Of a stretch of 42,863 nucleotides of DNA, positions 18,331 to 27,271 are shown piece by piece. The position numbers and the translations under genes were made by a program. The stretch covers positions 1-42,863 of the IMG/VR virus record IMGVR_UViG_3300020388_001444. One strand, written 5' to 3'. The stretch comes from a virus (lineage: Duplodnaviria; Caudoviricetes). How positions within the stretch are numbered: position 1 is the stretch's first letter; each line of letters begins with the position of its first letter. The notes below the pieces were generated by a model that was not told where the DNA came from, made no database searches, and was given only the letters and a program-made list of their open reading frames with translations.

Positions 18331-19221
18331 ATGAACGATAAAATTAAACAAATATTTAAAATATCTTATGATACAACTGAAACTGCAGATCATACTATTG
18401 ATGCTGTTCTACTTGGCAATGCCATAATTAATACAGCCAATGTTTTGAAACATACAGATAAAATGCTAAATGGTGAGGACTCTACTATTGACCTTGAAGT
18501 GCAAGCAAACAGCGAGGGCTCTTTCGTCATTGAGTTTGTTACTTGGCTAAATGGAAGTGGAGTTAACCCTCTAACTTTACTTGGTTTTGCAGCTGTACCT
18601 ATAGGAATAAAAAGCTTAATGGATGTGTTGGGGGAGATTAATTCTAGACCAGTTAAAGCCTGTGTTGATATGGGGACTGGTATTTCGAGGCTTGTTTTTA
18701 AAGATGGCTCTGAAATTAAAGCTGATAGTAACATTGCCCGTTTAGTTGTTGACCGAACATTTAGAAAAGATCTTGAAAAAGTTGTGAAAGCACCTTTAGA
18801 AGGTGCTAAAGATGGAAAACTTATATTTAAAGATGCAAACGATGTTCAAGTATCATCCTTTGTGGAAAAGCAAGTCAACGACTTTAAAACCCCTACACGT
18901 GAGGTTGTTGAAGAAGTAAAAGAAGAGATAACAAATACAGAATTACGCTTTGTAAAAGTTAACTTTAGCGGCTCAAATGGATGGACAGCACAACTTACTA
19001 ATGGTGATAATATTAGCGTAAAAATGAAAGATGATACTTTTCTTACTAGAATTGATGAAAATAAACGTGTATCCAAAGGTGACTTATTCGTTGTAAAATT
19101 AAAAACTACAACAATATTTAAAACTGGCGCGAACCCTTCAGTTAGTCGTGAAGTGATTAAGGTAGAACGCCATCGAGCCGCTAAAGAAGATAAGTTAATA
19201 CCAGATAATAATGATGAGTGA
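18331..19221 (+). CDS. Hypothetical moron protein
   Basis: About 296-aa ORF (likely ATG 18331) with YD...H.ID and A..EGSF motifs seen in prophage accessory genes. Confidence 0.75.
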   Translation: MNDKIKQIFKISYDTTETADHTIDAVLLGNAIINTANVLKHTDKMLNGEDSTIDLEVQANSEGSFVIEFVTWLNGSGVNPLTLLGFAAVPIGIKSLMDVLGEINSRPVKACVDMGTGISRLVFKDGSEIKADSNIARLVVDRTFRKDLEKVVKAPLEGAKDGKLIFKDANDVQVSSFVEKQVNDFKTPTREVVEEVKEEITNTELRFVKVNFSGSNGWTAQLTNGDNISVKMKDDTFLTRIDENKRVSKGDLFVVKLKTTTIFKTGANPSVSREVIKVERHRAAKEDKLIPDNNDE

Positions 19222-19459
19222 AACTGAGGCATACTTTAGATTAATTTTAATGGCAAGCACTTTATTGTGCTTGCCTTATGTTTTCTTATATGTAACGCCC
19301 ATACTTGCTAAATTGTTCGTAGCTCGTTTTTTTCCACCAAAACATTTAGACGTTGAAATTATTAATGGTGATACGATTAATAAAAAGCGTATTTCTCTTG
19401 AAAATGATGACGAACTCATTAATGCTTTATTAAACATAAGGGATAATGTTAATGAGTAG
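19211..19459 (+). CDS. Small single-TM protein
   Basis: Overlaps upstream gene; N-terminal hydrophobic helix. Confidence 0.65.
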   Translation: MMSETEAYFRLILMASTLLCLPYVFLYVTPILAKLFVARFFPPKHLDVEIINGDTINKKRISLENDDELINALLNIRDNVNE

Positions 19460-19838
19460 ATTGTTTAAGAGCCCATTACTCATTGGTTTTGCTACGGGTA
19501 TAAATACGATTGCAATTGCGGTTATCCAAGTGAATGTTACAGGTGAAACCAATAGATTAGCATACTCAGCATGTACACCATTCATTTGTAACACAATTGT
19601 CTTTATTATTGATTGGTTTTTAGCTAAAAAAAACGTTAAAAGCTCAGAGCAACTTAGGATTGAGAATTTACTAGATGATAAAATTTCTATTGCTCAGAAA
19701 AACCTTAAAGAAGCAATCAAATATAATTTAGACGTTGATACCTTTAAACAGCAATTGACCAAATTAATGAATGCGAGAGCTAACGTTCCTGCACTTGTCT
19801 CAAGAGCTCAAAATAGAAAAAGGCAAAGCGACTCTTAA
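19446..19838 (+). CDS. Two-TM protein with C-terminal coiled coil
   Basis: Overlaps upstream gene; two hydrophobic segments; followed by a terminator. Confidence 0.7.
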   Translation: MLMSRLFKSPLLIGFATGINTIAIAVIQVNVTGETNRLAYSACTPFICNTIVFIIDWFLAKKNVKSSEQLRIENLLDDKISIAQKNLKEAIKYNLDVDTFKQQLTKLMNARANVPALVSRAQNRKRQSDS

Positions 19839-19865
19839 CTCGTTTATTAAATGCTATTAGATTAG

Positions 19866-19895
19866 AAAGGCCCCAAGCTAGGGGCTTTTTTTTTT
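19866..19895 (+). terminator. Intrinsic terminator between convergent genes
   Basis: GCCCC-AAGCTA-GGGGC followed by T10. Confidence 0.85.
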
Positions 19896-19918
19896 GCTAT
19901 ATTTCAAGGTTACGCATA

Positions 19919-20119
19919 CTATTTTTTGTTAATATTGTCGTAGAGGATACACTCTATTTTAGAAAGGTAAGCAGCAATCTTATTGTTCGACGCTGCGATC
20001 ATAAACCCAGAAACTAACTCTGGGTTATTTCGAGCATAGTCATCTCCAAATAGAGTATCAATAGATTGCTTGGCTTGATGCAATATTTGGTCAGTATCTT
20101 GTGCTAAATCTTTATCCAT
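19919..20119 (-). CDS. Hypothetical protein
   Basis: 66-aa ORF with AAGGA SD; ID..FG..YA..NPELV..F motif. Confidence 0.7.
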   Translation of the reverse strand: MDKDLAQDTDQILHQAKQSIDTLFGDDYARNNPELVSGFMIAASNNKIAAYLSKIECILYDNINKK

Positions 20120-20132
20120 TGTTTTCCTTTAA

Positions 20133-20561
20133 TTATTTGATAATTGAATCTATTAAATCGTCATCTAAATGTACTGTTGCTTGTCTTGAAAAAGAAATTT
20201 TCATTTTTACAACTGGTTCAATAAAATCGAACTCAAAAGATAATGATTCAATATTACCTTCAATCGTTGGTTCAGAATCTAATAATAGAGATATAGATGC
20301 AGCCAATTGATTTTCTATGTTTGAAATAGGTATATTCTTTAATGATTGGAGTTTCTGGCTCGAATAGTTATCTTTTTTCTCTTTTCCATGATCTTCTAGA
20401 ACGAGTTTACCTGTATCATCCTTGTAAACAGTTTGATTAAACTCAAAATGTACTAACTTCTCTCCCCTTGTTTTTAGCCTATAAAAATCAAGTCCGCCAA
20501 AATGAATTTCTACATCATCATTAAATCCATTTAATTGTTCTTTTAAATCACCAACATTCAT
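20133..20561 (-). CDS. Hypothetical protein (possibly two fused small domains)
   Basis: 142-aa ORF with GAGG SD. Confidence 0.7.
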   Translation of the reverse strand: MNVGDLKEQLNGFNDDVEIHFGGLDFYRLKTRGEKLVHFEFNQTVYKDDTGKLVLEDHGKEKKDNYSSQKLQSLKNIPISNIENQLAASISLLLDSEPTIEGNIESLSFEFDFIEPVVKMKISFSRQATVHLDDDLIDSIIK

Positions 20562-20687
20562 AATTAACCCTCACATATTTTAGATTCAACATTATAGAAT
20601 AAATATTACCCTATTAAGAAGGATGGCTGTAAGCGATTTTAAGCACCCTACTTTGTTTTGTAGCTACATTGCCTTACGCGCAATCCG

Positions 20688-20746
20688 TTTAAACACACTC
20701 AATCGAATTTAAACACAGTTTAAACATGGTTTAACTTGTATTTAAA
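20688..20746. repeat. Phased TTTAAA array 3 near the prophage midpoint
   Basis: TTTAAA 20688, 20708, 20719, TTTAAC 20730, TTTAAA 20741. Confidence 0.8.
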
Positions 20747-20747
20747 G

Positions 20748-21122
20748 TTAAGATTCTACGTTTTGGTAATTAAGCCATGTTTTATGAAATTGTTGTTTGG
20801 TTGTTTTGAACTCTAAATTTAAATCTGTTGCCATACTGAGGTTGTGCCTAAGGGTTAAACGAATGTACTCGGATTCTGTAATAACTTGATCAACATATGC
20901 CTGATTAAGGTCGGCTATAAACTCTTTACTTGGGTTTGACTCCAATTTATTGGTAAGTGCTACGTAGAGTTGAGGCATGGCCTCATCGGGATTTGATGAA
21001 AGGTATTTATCTGGATTGTTGATATATAAATACACACCTAGTCCAATACCAGACAAAAGAAAGTATGCAGCTATAGTAATGAGTGTTTTATTTAAGGTTT
21101 TTAAATGAGCTTGCTTTAGCAT
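20748..21122 (-). CDS. Single-TM hypothetical protein
   Basis: N-terminal hydrophobic helix; ATG 21122 with AAGGA SD. Confidence 0.65.
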   Translation of the reverse strand: MLKQAHLKTLNKTLITIAAYFLLSGIGLGVYLYINNPDKYLSSNPDEAMPQLYVALTNKLESNPSKEFIADLNQAYVDQVITESEYIRLTLRHNLSMATDLNLEFKTTKQQFHKTWLNYQNVES

Positions 21123-21172
21123 AACCAATCCTTGGTGATTTTGTGTTTATTTAATATAGTATTTTAAAAATT

Positions 21173-22009
21173 ATGTACAAGGGACTTGATGTGGAAACGG
21201 TTGATAAATTTTTAAATTTTTTAGTTAAATGCTTCTCTATTGATGAAAGTAGAGCATTACACAAGAACTATTCTTTTTGGTTTGCACTATTAACTCCAGC
21301 AATTATTGCATTGCTACTTGGTCTGAATTTAACTAGAGAGCTAGTTATACATGAAAGGTTCGATTTTGGTTTTACGGCTGTGCATTTGGATTCGTTTATT
21401 AAGTATTACAAGTTTCCTATCGGTCTTTTGCCTATATCAATATTGTTGAGTGTTATGGTCGCTCGGTTTCATGCATCTAAGCAAACAGTTCAACAAACCC
21501 ACCTCAAAAATTATTTTGAACACTTTTCGTTTTTTGAATCGTTCTGTAATGATTTAGAAAAGAAGCATAATGTAAATATTAATGTTCGGGCACTGTATTT
21601 GAATTTTTATAATAAATCGAACATTAATCACTTTAGCCCTGTTCCAAGTGATGACTTGATCCATAGTTATGTTTATACATTACAGCTACTTTCTGATGAA
21701 ATAGAGTGTAACAGTGATTTAGATTCTGTAGAAATAGCGACATATAAGGATCATATCCCTGATTTTGAAGGTGATTTCAGTCTCATAACCTTAGATAAAG
21801 ATAAAAGTAACACTTATTATTGGGCATATGAAATGAAGAACCTTGTAAATGAGTTCTATTCTTTCCCTGGTAATAGAATAACCGCATTAAAGTTTATGGA
21901 GATTGAAAATAAACTCACACAATCATTCACAAATTTAACTCGTTCTCTAGCTCAGAACTTCCCTACAGTTGATTTGGAAAGCTTATTATTTTTTGACATA
22001 AAGGATTAA
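21173..22009 (+). CDS. Two-TM moron membrane protein
   Basis: Two hydrophobic segments, H.S.QT..Q....NYF.H motif; AT-rich. Confidence 0.75.
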   Translation: MYKGLDVETVDKFLNFLVKCFSIDESRALHKNYSFWFALLTPAIIALLLGLNLTRELVIHERFDFGFTAVHLDSFIKYYKFPIGLLPISILLSVMVARFHASKQTVQQTHLKNYFEHFSFFESFCNDLEKKHNVNINVRALYLNFYNKSNINHFSPVPSDDLIHSYVYTLQLLSDEIECNSDLDSVEIATYKDHIPDFEGDFSLITLDKDKSNTYYWAYEMKNLVNEFYSFPGNRITALKFMEIENKLTQSFTNLTRSLAQNFPTVDLESLLFFDIKD

Positions 22010-22078
22010 CATTAATAATTTTGCTTGCGACTTTTTAAATACCCGCTTAGCCTATATACGTAAGCCCATTCTTAACGC

Positions 22079-22124
22079 TGTAAAGTCTTTTCCAGCGGTT
22101 CAATAGCCACTCCCCGCATACACT
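22079..22124 (+). promoter_or_regulatory. Putative late promoter for the head/tail operon
   Basis: TGTAAA-GTCT-TTTCCA, 24 nt, TACACT. Confidence 0.7.
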
Positions 22125-22159
22125 GGGTGCCACTTAGTTAGTTTATTGGCACTTGGAAC

Positions 22160-23305
22160 ATGGCAAACAAAACAACCCCAAACACCTCATTTAATTGGTT
22201 TGAAGTATTTAGAGCAGGTACACAAACCGACTCTAAAGGCGTTGAGCACACATTTAGCGATGCTGATTTAAACAGCGTAGTCGCTAACTTTAAACCTAAA
22301 AGCGCACCACTGGTTATTGGCCACCCTAAAATGGACGACCCTGCGTGGGGTTGGGCCAGTGAGCTAAAAGCAGAAGGTGGCTCTTTGTTTGCCAAAGCTG
22401 AAGACGTATGCACTGAATTTGCCCAAGCGGTACAAAGCAAGCGATACCCTAACCGCTCGGTTAAACTTGAAAAGGTGGCTAATGGCTACCAACTCGCTCA
22501 CATTGGTTACTTAGGTGGCAAGCCCCCTGCTGTTGAAGGCCTAGCCTGGCAGTTTAACCAAAGTGATGACGCCGAAACACTTACCCTAGAATTTGCTGCC
22601 GGTGATATTGACAACATATCGCTGCGCACATCAAACACCCTTACCCGCCTAATGGGCAATTTACGCAACTTTATAACTGACCGTTTTGGCAGTGAAGCGG
22701 CTGATAAAGTTGTGCCCGACTACGAAAGCGAATGGTTAAAAGAAGAAACCATTATTGCTGAGCACGAACGTGCCAAGGTGAATAGTGGCGAGGGTGCCGA
22801 ATTTAGTAAAGGCGATGATGACGCCACACCACCCACCCATGAGGACCATGCAATGGATGAAAAAGAAAGAAAGGCGCTGCAAGACCAGATTGATGCAGCT
22901 AACGCTAAAAACGCACAGCTTGAATTCGCGCAGCGTGTTGCAGCAGCTAACACCTTTATTAACACCGAAATTAATGGCGGCAAAGCCCCGCGCTTAACAA
23001 ACACAGAGGGTGTGGCTGAGTTTATGGCCAAGCTTGACGATGGCGACACCACCTTTGAGTTTGCTGCCGCAGACGGTAAAAGCCAGGAACTTAAACCTGC
23101 AGCGTGGTTTGAAGGCTTTTTAAAAGGTTTGCCTGAACAAACGGGTTTAACTCACGAGTTTAACAAGGACGATAAAGACGGCGAAGTGACTGACGACAGT
23201 GCAGAAGCATTGGCAGCAAAAGCGCTGGAATTTCAACAATCACAATCTAGCAAAGGCATTGAAATTAGTATAACTGCCGCGTTAGACCACATTAAAAAGG
23301 CATAA
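22160..23305 (+). CDS. Prohead protease/scaffold (Mu gpI-like)
   Basis: EVFRAG, PLVIGHP...PAWGW, Y..RSV, L.HIGYLG..PPAV.GL; upstream of capsid. Confidence 0.85.
   Translation: MANKTTPNTSFNWFEVFRAGTQTDSKGVEHTFSDADLNSVVANFKPKSAPLVIGHPKMDDPAWGWASELKAEGGSLFAKAEDVCTEFAQAVQSKRYPNRSVKLEKVANGYQLAHIGYLGGKPPAVEGLAWQFNQSDDAETLTLEFAAGDIDNISLRTSNTLTRLMGNLRNFITDRFGSEAADKVVPDYESEWLKEETIIAEHERAKVNSGEGAEFSKGDDDATPPTHEDHAMDEKERKALQDQIDAANAKNAQLEFAQRVAAANTFINTEINGGKAPRLTNTEGVAEFMAKLDDGDTTFEFAAADGKSQELKPAAWFEGFLKGLPEQTGLTHEFNKDDKDGEVTDDSAEALAAKALEFQQSQSSKGIEISITAALDHIKKA
22853..23305 (+). CDS. Probable internally initiated scaffold protein (Mu gpZ-like)
   Basis: In-frame ATG 22853 preceded by GAGGA (22841-45) after a Pro/Thr-rich linker. 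Confidence 0.6.
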   Translation: MDEKERKALQDQIDAANAKNAQLEFAQRVAAANTFINTEINGGKAPRLTNTEGVAEFMAKLDDGDTTFEFAAADGKSQELKPAAWFEGFLKGLPEQTGLTHEFNKDDKDGEVTDDSAEALAAKALEFQQSQSSKGIEISITAALDHIKKA

Positions 23306-23309
23306 AACC

Positions 23310-23705
23310 ATGGCACAACCAGGATTTATAAAAAACTTTAGCGCTGAAGACGTTATACCGGCTAACCGTTTAGTGGTTGTATCGGCTGCGGCTGACTTTC
23401 ATGTTGGGTTAGCGGTTGATGCCAGCGCAATGTATGCCGGTGTTACCGAGCAAGGCACTGACGAGCATTTACGTGTTGATGTAGTAATGACACAAAGCGC
23501 CCCAGTTGAGTTTGGTGCCGCGTTAATTGCAGGCACCCTAATTGTTGCTGATAGCGAAGGTAAAGCCGTTGAGTTTGACCCTGCTAACTTTGTGGGCCAA
23601 ACCGAAGTATACGTTGCAGGTTGGGTAATGGAAGACGGCGAAGCTGGAGTGATTGGCGACGTGTTTTTAAACCCGCATGTAGTAGCAACAATTCCTAGCG
23701 CTTAA
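23310..23705 (+). CDS. Capsid decoration/cement protein (DUF2190-like)
   Basis: Small Ala/Gly/Val-rich protein between protease and capsid. Confidence 0.7.
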   Translation: MAQPGFIKNFSAEDVIPANRLVVVSAAADFHVGLAVDASAMYAGVTEQGTDEHLRVDVVMTQSAPVEFGAALIAGTLIVADSEGKAVEFDPANFVGQTEVYVAGWVMEDGEAGVIGDVFLNPHVVATIPSA

Positions 23706-23746
23706 GGCGCTTGGGTTAACTTAATTATTAATAGTGAGGATTTGCC

Positions 23747-24682
23747 ATGAGTAATGGTATGCCATTTACCCCCGATGTTGAGCAAACGGCCATAGCCATT
23801 GCTTATCGTAATAGAGCGTTAGTTGCAGACACACTTGCGCCCTATTCACCCGTTGGTTTACGTAACTATAAGTGGACCGAGTATAAAAAAGGCGAAAAAT
23901 TTACAGTTGTAGACGATAAAATTGGCCGTAAGTCATCGCCGAATCAAGTTGAGTTTAGTGTTGAAGAGAAAACCGGCTCAGTGGTTGATCATGGTTTGTC
24001 TGATGTGGTGCCGAATGATGATGTAACCAATGCGCCAGTAAACTATAACCCGCGAACCCATGCCGCTGAAAGCTTAACTGACTTAGTTTTGCTTAACCGT
24101 GAAATACGTGTGGCAACTATGTATAACAAAGCGGCTAACTTTGGCAATACTCAATCGTTAGCTGCAGCAGGCCACAAGCGTTTAGATGACCCTGCACTTG
24201 ATATTTTACCGTTTTTTTTAGAAATGCTAGATGCACCACTTATGCGCCCTAATGCAATGACAGTATCGCAAAGCGTGGCAACTAAATTGCGTACACACCC
24301 TAAGTTACTCAAAGCGTTTAATGGCACTAGTGGCGACCAGGGCTTAGTGCCATGGAGCTACATTAAAGAAGTGCTAGAGCTTGAGCATGTAACCGTTGGC
24401 CAAGCGCGCCTAAACACGGCTAAAAAAGGCCAAGCCGTTAACTTACAAAAGGTTTGGCAAGATACCCTGTCGTTTACGTATCACGACCCGCTAGCGTCGT
24501 TTAACAACAACCGCATGACCTTTGCACTCACTGCACGTTATGGCTCGCGTACATCGGGCAACCGTGACGTAGCTGCGGGCCTAAATGGTGGGGTTGAAAT
24601 TATGGTAGGCGAATCGGTGCAAGAGCAAATTATTGCAAAAGACTGCGGTATTTTGCTGACCAACGTGCTGACACCAGCGTAA
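23747..24682 (+). CDS. Major capsid protein
   Basis: 311 aa; TAIA..Y.N..L.AD...P and REIRVA motifs; strong GAGG SD; followed by a terminator. Confidence 0.88.
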   Translation: MSNGMPFTPDVEQTAIAIAYRNRALVADTLAPYSPVGLRNYKWTEYKKGEKFTVVDDKIGRKSSPNQVEFSVEEKTGSVVDHGLSDVVPNDDVTNAPVNYNPRTHAAESLTDLVLLNREIRVATMYNKAANFGNTQSLAAAGHKRLDDPALDILPFFLEMLDAPLMRPNAMTVSQSVATKLRTHPKLLKAFNGTSGDQGLVPWSYIKEVLELEHVTVGQARLNTAKKGQAVNLQKVWQDTLSFTYHDPLASFNNNRMTFALTARYGSRTSGNRDVAAGLNGGVEIMVGESVQEQIIAKDCGILLTNVLTPA

Positions 24683-24705
24683 TTAATTATTGTTGTTCCC
24701 TGTGT

Positions 24706-24741
24706 AAAGGCCCCAGTACCGACTTGCTCGGGGCCTTTTTT
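24706..24741 (+). terminator. Intrinsic terminator after the capsid gene
   Basis: AAAGGCCC...GGGCC followed by T7. Confidence 0.8.
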
Positions 24742-24758
24742 TACTAACTGAGGTGCCC

Positions 24759-25226
24759 ATGTTTACGACAGAACAAGCAGTTATAGATAAAGTTGGTATT
24801 AATACGCTGTTGCAATTTGCGACTGCTAAGTTTGCAGCGGTAGGTAGCCGTCCAACGCGCGACGATGTTGAAGCAGCGCTATTAAGCGAAACGTACAACG
24901 AGTTGCAAGAGCAAATTAATGCCTGGTATGTACAAGCACAAAAAAATGTAAATGCGGTTATAGCAGGCTATGTAGCACGGTTTGCATTAAACCAAGACGA
25001 TATAAATAACTCGGTATTGCCAGGCATTGCTAACGATTTAATGCATTGTGAGTTAGCCCCTAACATTGCTGACGAAAACCTTAAAGCCCTTAAAAGTAAC
25101 GCTATGGCGATGCTCGACAAGGTTAGTAAAGGTGTGATCCAAATTAAGGAAGATGCGCCTGCAGGTGCAAGAACTGGGATGCGAACTAAACCTGCAGGCT
25201 CTCAATTTAATTGGCCAGGTTATTAA
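24759..25226 (+). CDS. Head-tail connector (Mu gp36 / DUF1320-like)
   Basis: I.GY..RF.L and A...L..V..G.I.I pattern; position after capsid. Confidence 0.65.
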   Translation: MFTTEQAVIDKVGINTLLQFATAKFAAVGSRPTRDDVEAALLSETYNELQEQINAWYVQAQKNVNAVIAGYVARFALNQDDINNSVLPGIANDLMHCELAPNIADENLKALKSNAMAMLDKVSKGVIQIKEDAPAGARTGMRTKPAGSQFNWPGY

Positions 25227-25227
25227 A

Positions 25228-25650
25228 TTGGCGGGTGTATTTATAAATATAACGGGTAATGCGCTAACCGGTTTAACCCAAATTGCAAATACAAGTGGTG
25301 AACCTGCTGATGTATTGGATGATATTGGTGCATTTTTAGACATGGACGTCACCACCCGATTTTTACGTGAAGTAACACCCAGTGGTAAAAAATGGGAGCA
25401 GTCGCAAGCAGCAAAAGACCGTGGCGGTTTAACACTAACAGATGAGCGCAACCTTGCAAGCTCGGTAACGCATAACGTAAACGGCAATACGCTTGAACAT
25501 GGTTTAGGTGAAAAGTACTCAGCAATACACCATTTTGGTGGTGAAACAGGCCGCAATAAAAGCGTTAAATTACCCGCGCGGGCAATTATTGGTATAGCAG
25601 CTGTGCAAGAAACTGAGATTAACGACATTATTACTGATTGGTTAATTTAA
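25228..25650 (+). CDS. Virion morphogenesis protein (Mu gpG-like)
   Basis: RF....P.G..W, L..S, Y.AIH.FGG, LPAR..IG motifs; likely TTG start 25228. Confidence 0.85.
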   Translation: MAGVFINITGNALTGLTQIANTSGEPADVLDDIGAFLDMDVTTRFLREVTPSGKKWEQSQAAKDRGGLTLTDERNLASSVTHNVNGNTLEHGLGEKYSAIHHFGGETGRNKSVKLPARAIIGIAAVQETEINDIITDWLI

Positions 25651-25695
25651 GAAGCCTCTTGGTTAAGTTTAAACAGTATTTAAAGAGCATTTAAA
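25646..25695. repeat. Phased TTTAAA array 4
   Basis: TTTAAG 25646; TTTAAA 25668, 25679, 25690. Confidence 0.75.
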
Positions 25696-26138
25696 TGGCA
25701 TTTAACTTTGATTTAAACAACATAGAAACCCTGCTAAGCCAAACAATCCTTAATGCAACGGTTGGGTTTGCTAGCGACTTTAACCATGTGCGCGAGCATG
25801 CTGTACACAGTGCTCAGTTGTTTGTATTGCCGCTGGCAGATGACAACACCAATACTAATGAAGTACACGGCCTTGACGAATACCAAGTTAAAGATGTATT
25901 TGCAGTGATGATTGTGATCCCCTGCTCTGCAGGTAATGCCCATAGCGATATGCAAATAAAGCAATTGCGCAGTGATGTTAAAACCGCTGTAGCAGGTTGC
26001 CAGTTCGCAGGTTGGAACCCTATAAAGCTTGATAAGGGCCGCACAATTGAGCTTAGCAAGCAAACTAATAACTTAATTTACCAGTGCCAGTTTAGTGTAA
26101 CTGGCCTACATACCGTAACTGTGAAGGTGATGCCATGA
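25695..26138 (+). CDS. Putative tail terminator protein
   Basis: Size and position before the tail tube. Confidence 0.6.
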   Translation: MAFNFDLNNIETLLSQTILNATVGFASDFNHVREHAVHSAQLFVLPLADDNTNTNEVHGLDEYQVKDVFAVMIVIPCSAGNAHSDMQIKQLRSDVKTAVAGCQFAGWNPIKLDKGRTIELSKQTNNLIYQCQFSVTGLHTVTVKVMP

Positions 26139-26338
26139 GCAAACAGACCGAGCCGCAATCGAGTAAACCCGCTGAACAACAGGCTGACGTTAACATAAAG
26201 CCTAAAATATCCCGCGCGATGACGATTGCCCAAAACGTTAACCAGGCTTTAGCTAAAGCAAAAGGTAACAGAGACGAGATAGCCGGCGCTTTTAACTTAA
26301 AAAGCGGTGAGCTAATTAAAGTGGAGAATAAATCATGA
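26135..26338 (+). CDS. Hypothetical protein
   Basis: ATGA overlaps on both sides. Confidence 0.65.
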   Translation: MSKQTEPQSSKPAEQQADVNIKPKISRAMTIAQNVNQALAKAKGNRDEIAGAFNLKSGELIKVENKS

Positions 26339-27234
26339 GTAGTTGGCGATTTAAAGACAAACTCATTTTAGCCGATGCCCTGGGCACAACTTTAACGGGC
26401 CTGCATGCCATTTATGCCAGTGACGTTGAATTATCGCTTGAAAGCGAAAGTGAAAAAGACGAGCTAGAAACCAGCTACAGCGGTGCCAGTATGGAAACCT
26501 TTTATGGTGAACATATAAGTCTTAACTTTAAAACCCCACTTGCCATGAGTGGCACAGCCGGTAACGAACCTGCGTTTGCCCCGCTGCTACTTGCTTGCGG
26601 CATGGTGCAAGTTGCCGATGCAACAAGCGTTACCTTTACAAAAGGGGCCGCTGTTGCAGTTACATGCTTAGTACGCTTTGGTAAAAACACCCACAACATT
26701 AGCGAAATGAAAGGCAATGTGAGCTTTGCGCTTGAAAAAGGTAAGCCCATGCTTAACTGGCAGTTTAAAGGCTTGTTTAGTGCGCCGGTTGCAAGTACTG
26801 CCGCCCCTGCGGTTGATTGGGATCGTTGGGTACGCCCTGAAGTACTTGGCGTAAGTAATAGCAGTGATTTTAAGCTTAATGATGTTAAACGTACGCTGCA
26901 CAAAATTACCATTGATTTAGGTAATAACGTGGTGTTTGACCGCGCTATTAACCACGAAGAAATAATGATAACCGGTCATGAAAGCAGCGCTAATTTTACG
27001 CTAACAGCAGAAGAATTAACCAGTTTCAACCCGTTTGATGACGTTGCTAAAGTGCAAATGTTTGAGTTTACCCATGGCACAGCTACAGGTAAAAAAGTAA
27101 CCATTATTGGCCGTTACCAAATGCCGTGGCCTAAATACACCAGCCTGGACTCAGAATTAACTGGTTATGAGTTTGACGGCAAGCTAGTGCCCAGTGGCGC
27201 AGGCTATGACGAACTAACGATAGTGTTTGAGTAA
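26335..27234 (+). CDS. Major tail tube protein (siphovirus type)
   Basis: SGTAG..P...PLL.ACG, F.GL, HG...G..V motifs; precedes chaperones and tape measure. Confidence 0.8.
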   Translation: MSSWRFKDKLILADALGTTLTGLHAIYASDVELSLESESEKDELETSYSGASMETFYGEHISLNFKTPLAMSGTAGNEPAFAPLLLACGMVQVADATSVTFTKGAAVAVTCLVRFGKNTHNISEMKGNVSFALEKGKPMLNWQFKGLFSAPVASTAAPAVDWDRWVRPEVLGVSNSSDFKLNDVKRTLHKITIDLGNNVVFDRAINHEEIMITGHESSANFTLTAEELTSFNPFDDVAKVQMFEFTHGTATGKKVTIIGRYQMPWPKYTSLDSELTGYEFDGKLVPSGAGYDELTIVFE

Positions 27235-27271
27235 GTTAGTTATTCATAAATAATAAATTAGGACAGCAAAA

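Noticed and set aside
25053-25628. 191-aa minus-strand ORF
   Set aside because: Antisense to gp36/gpG with no recognisable features.
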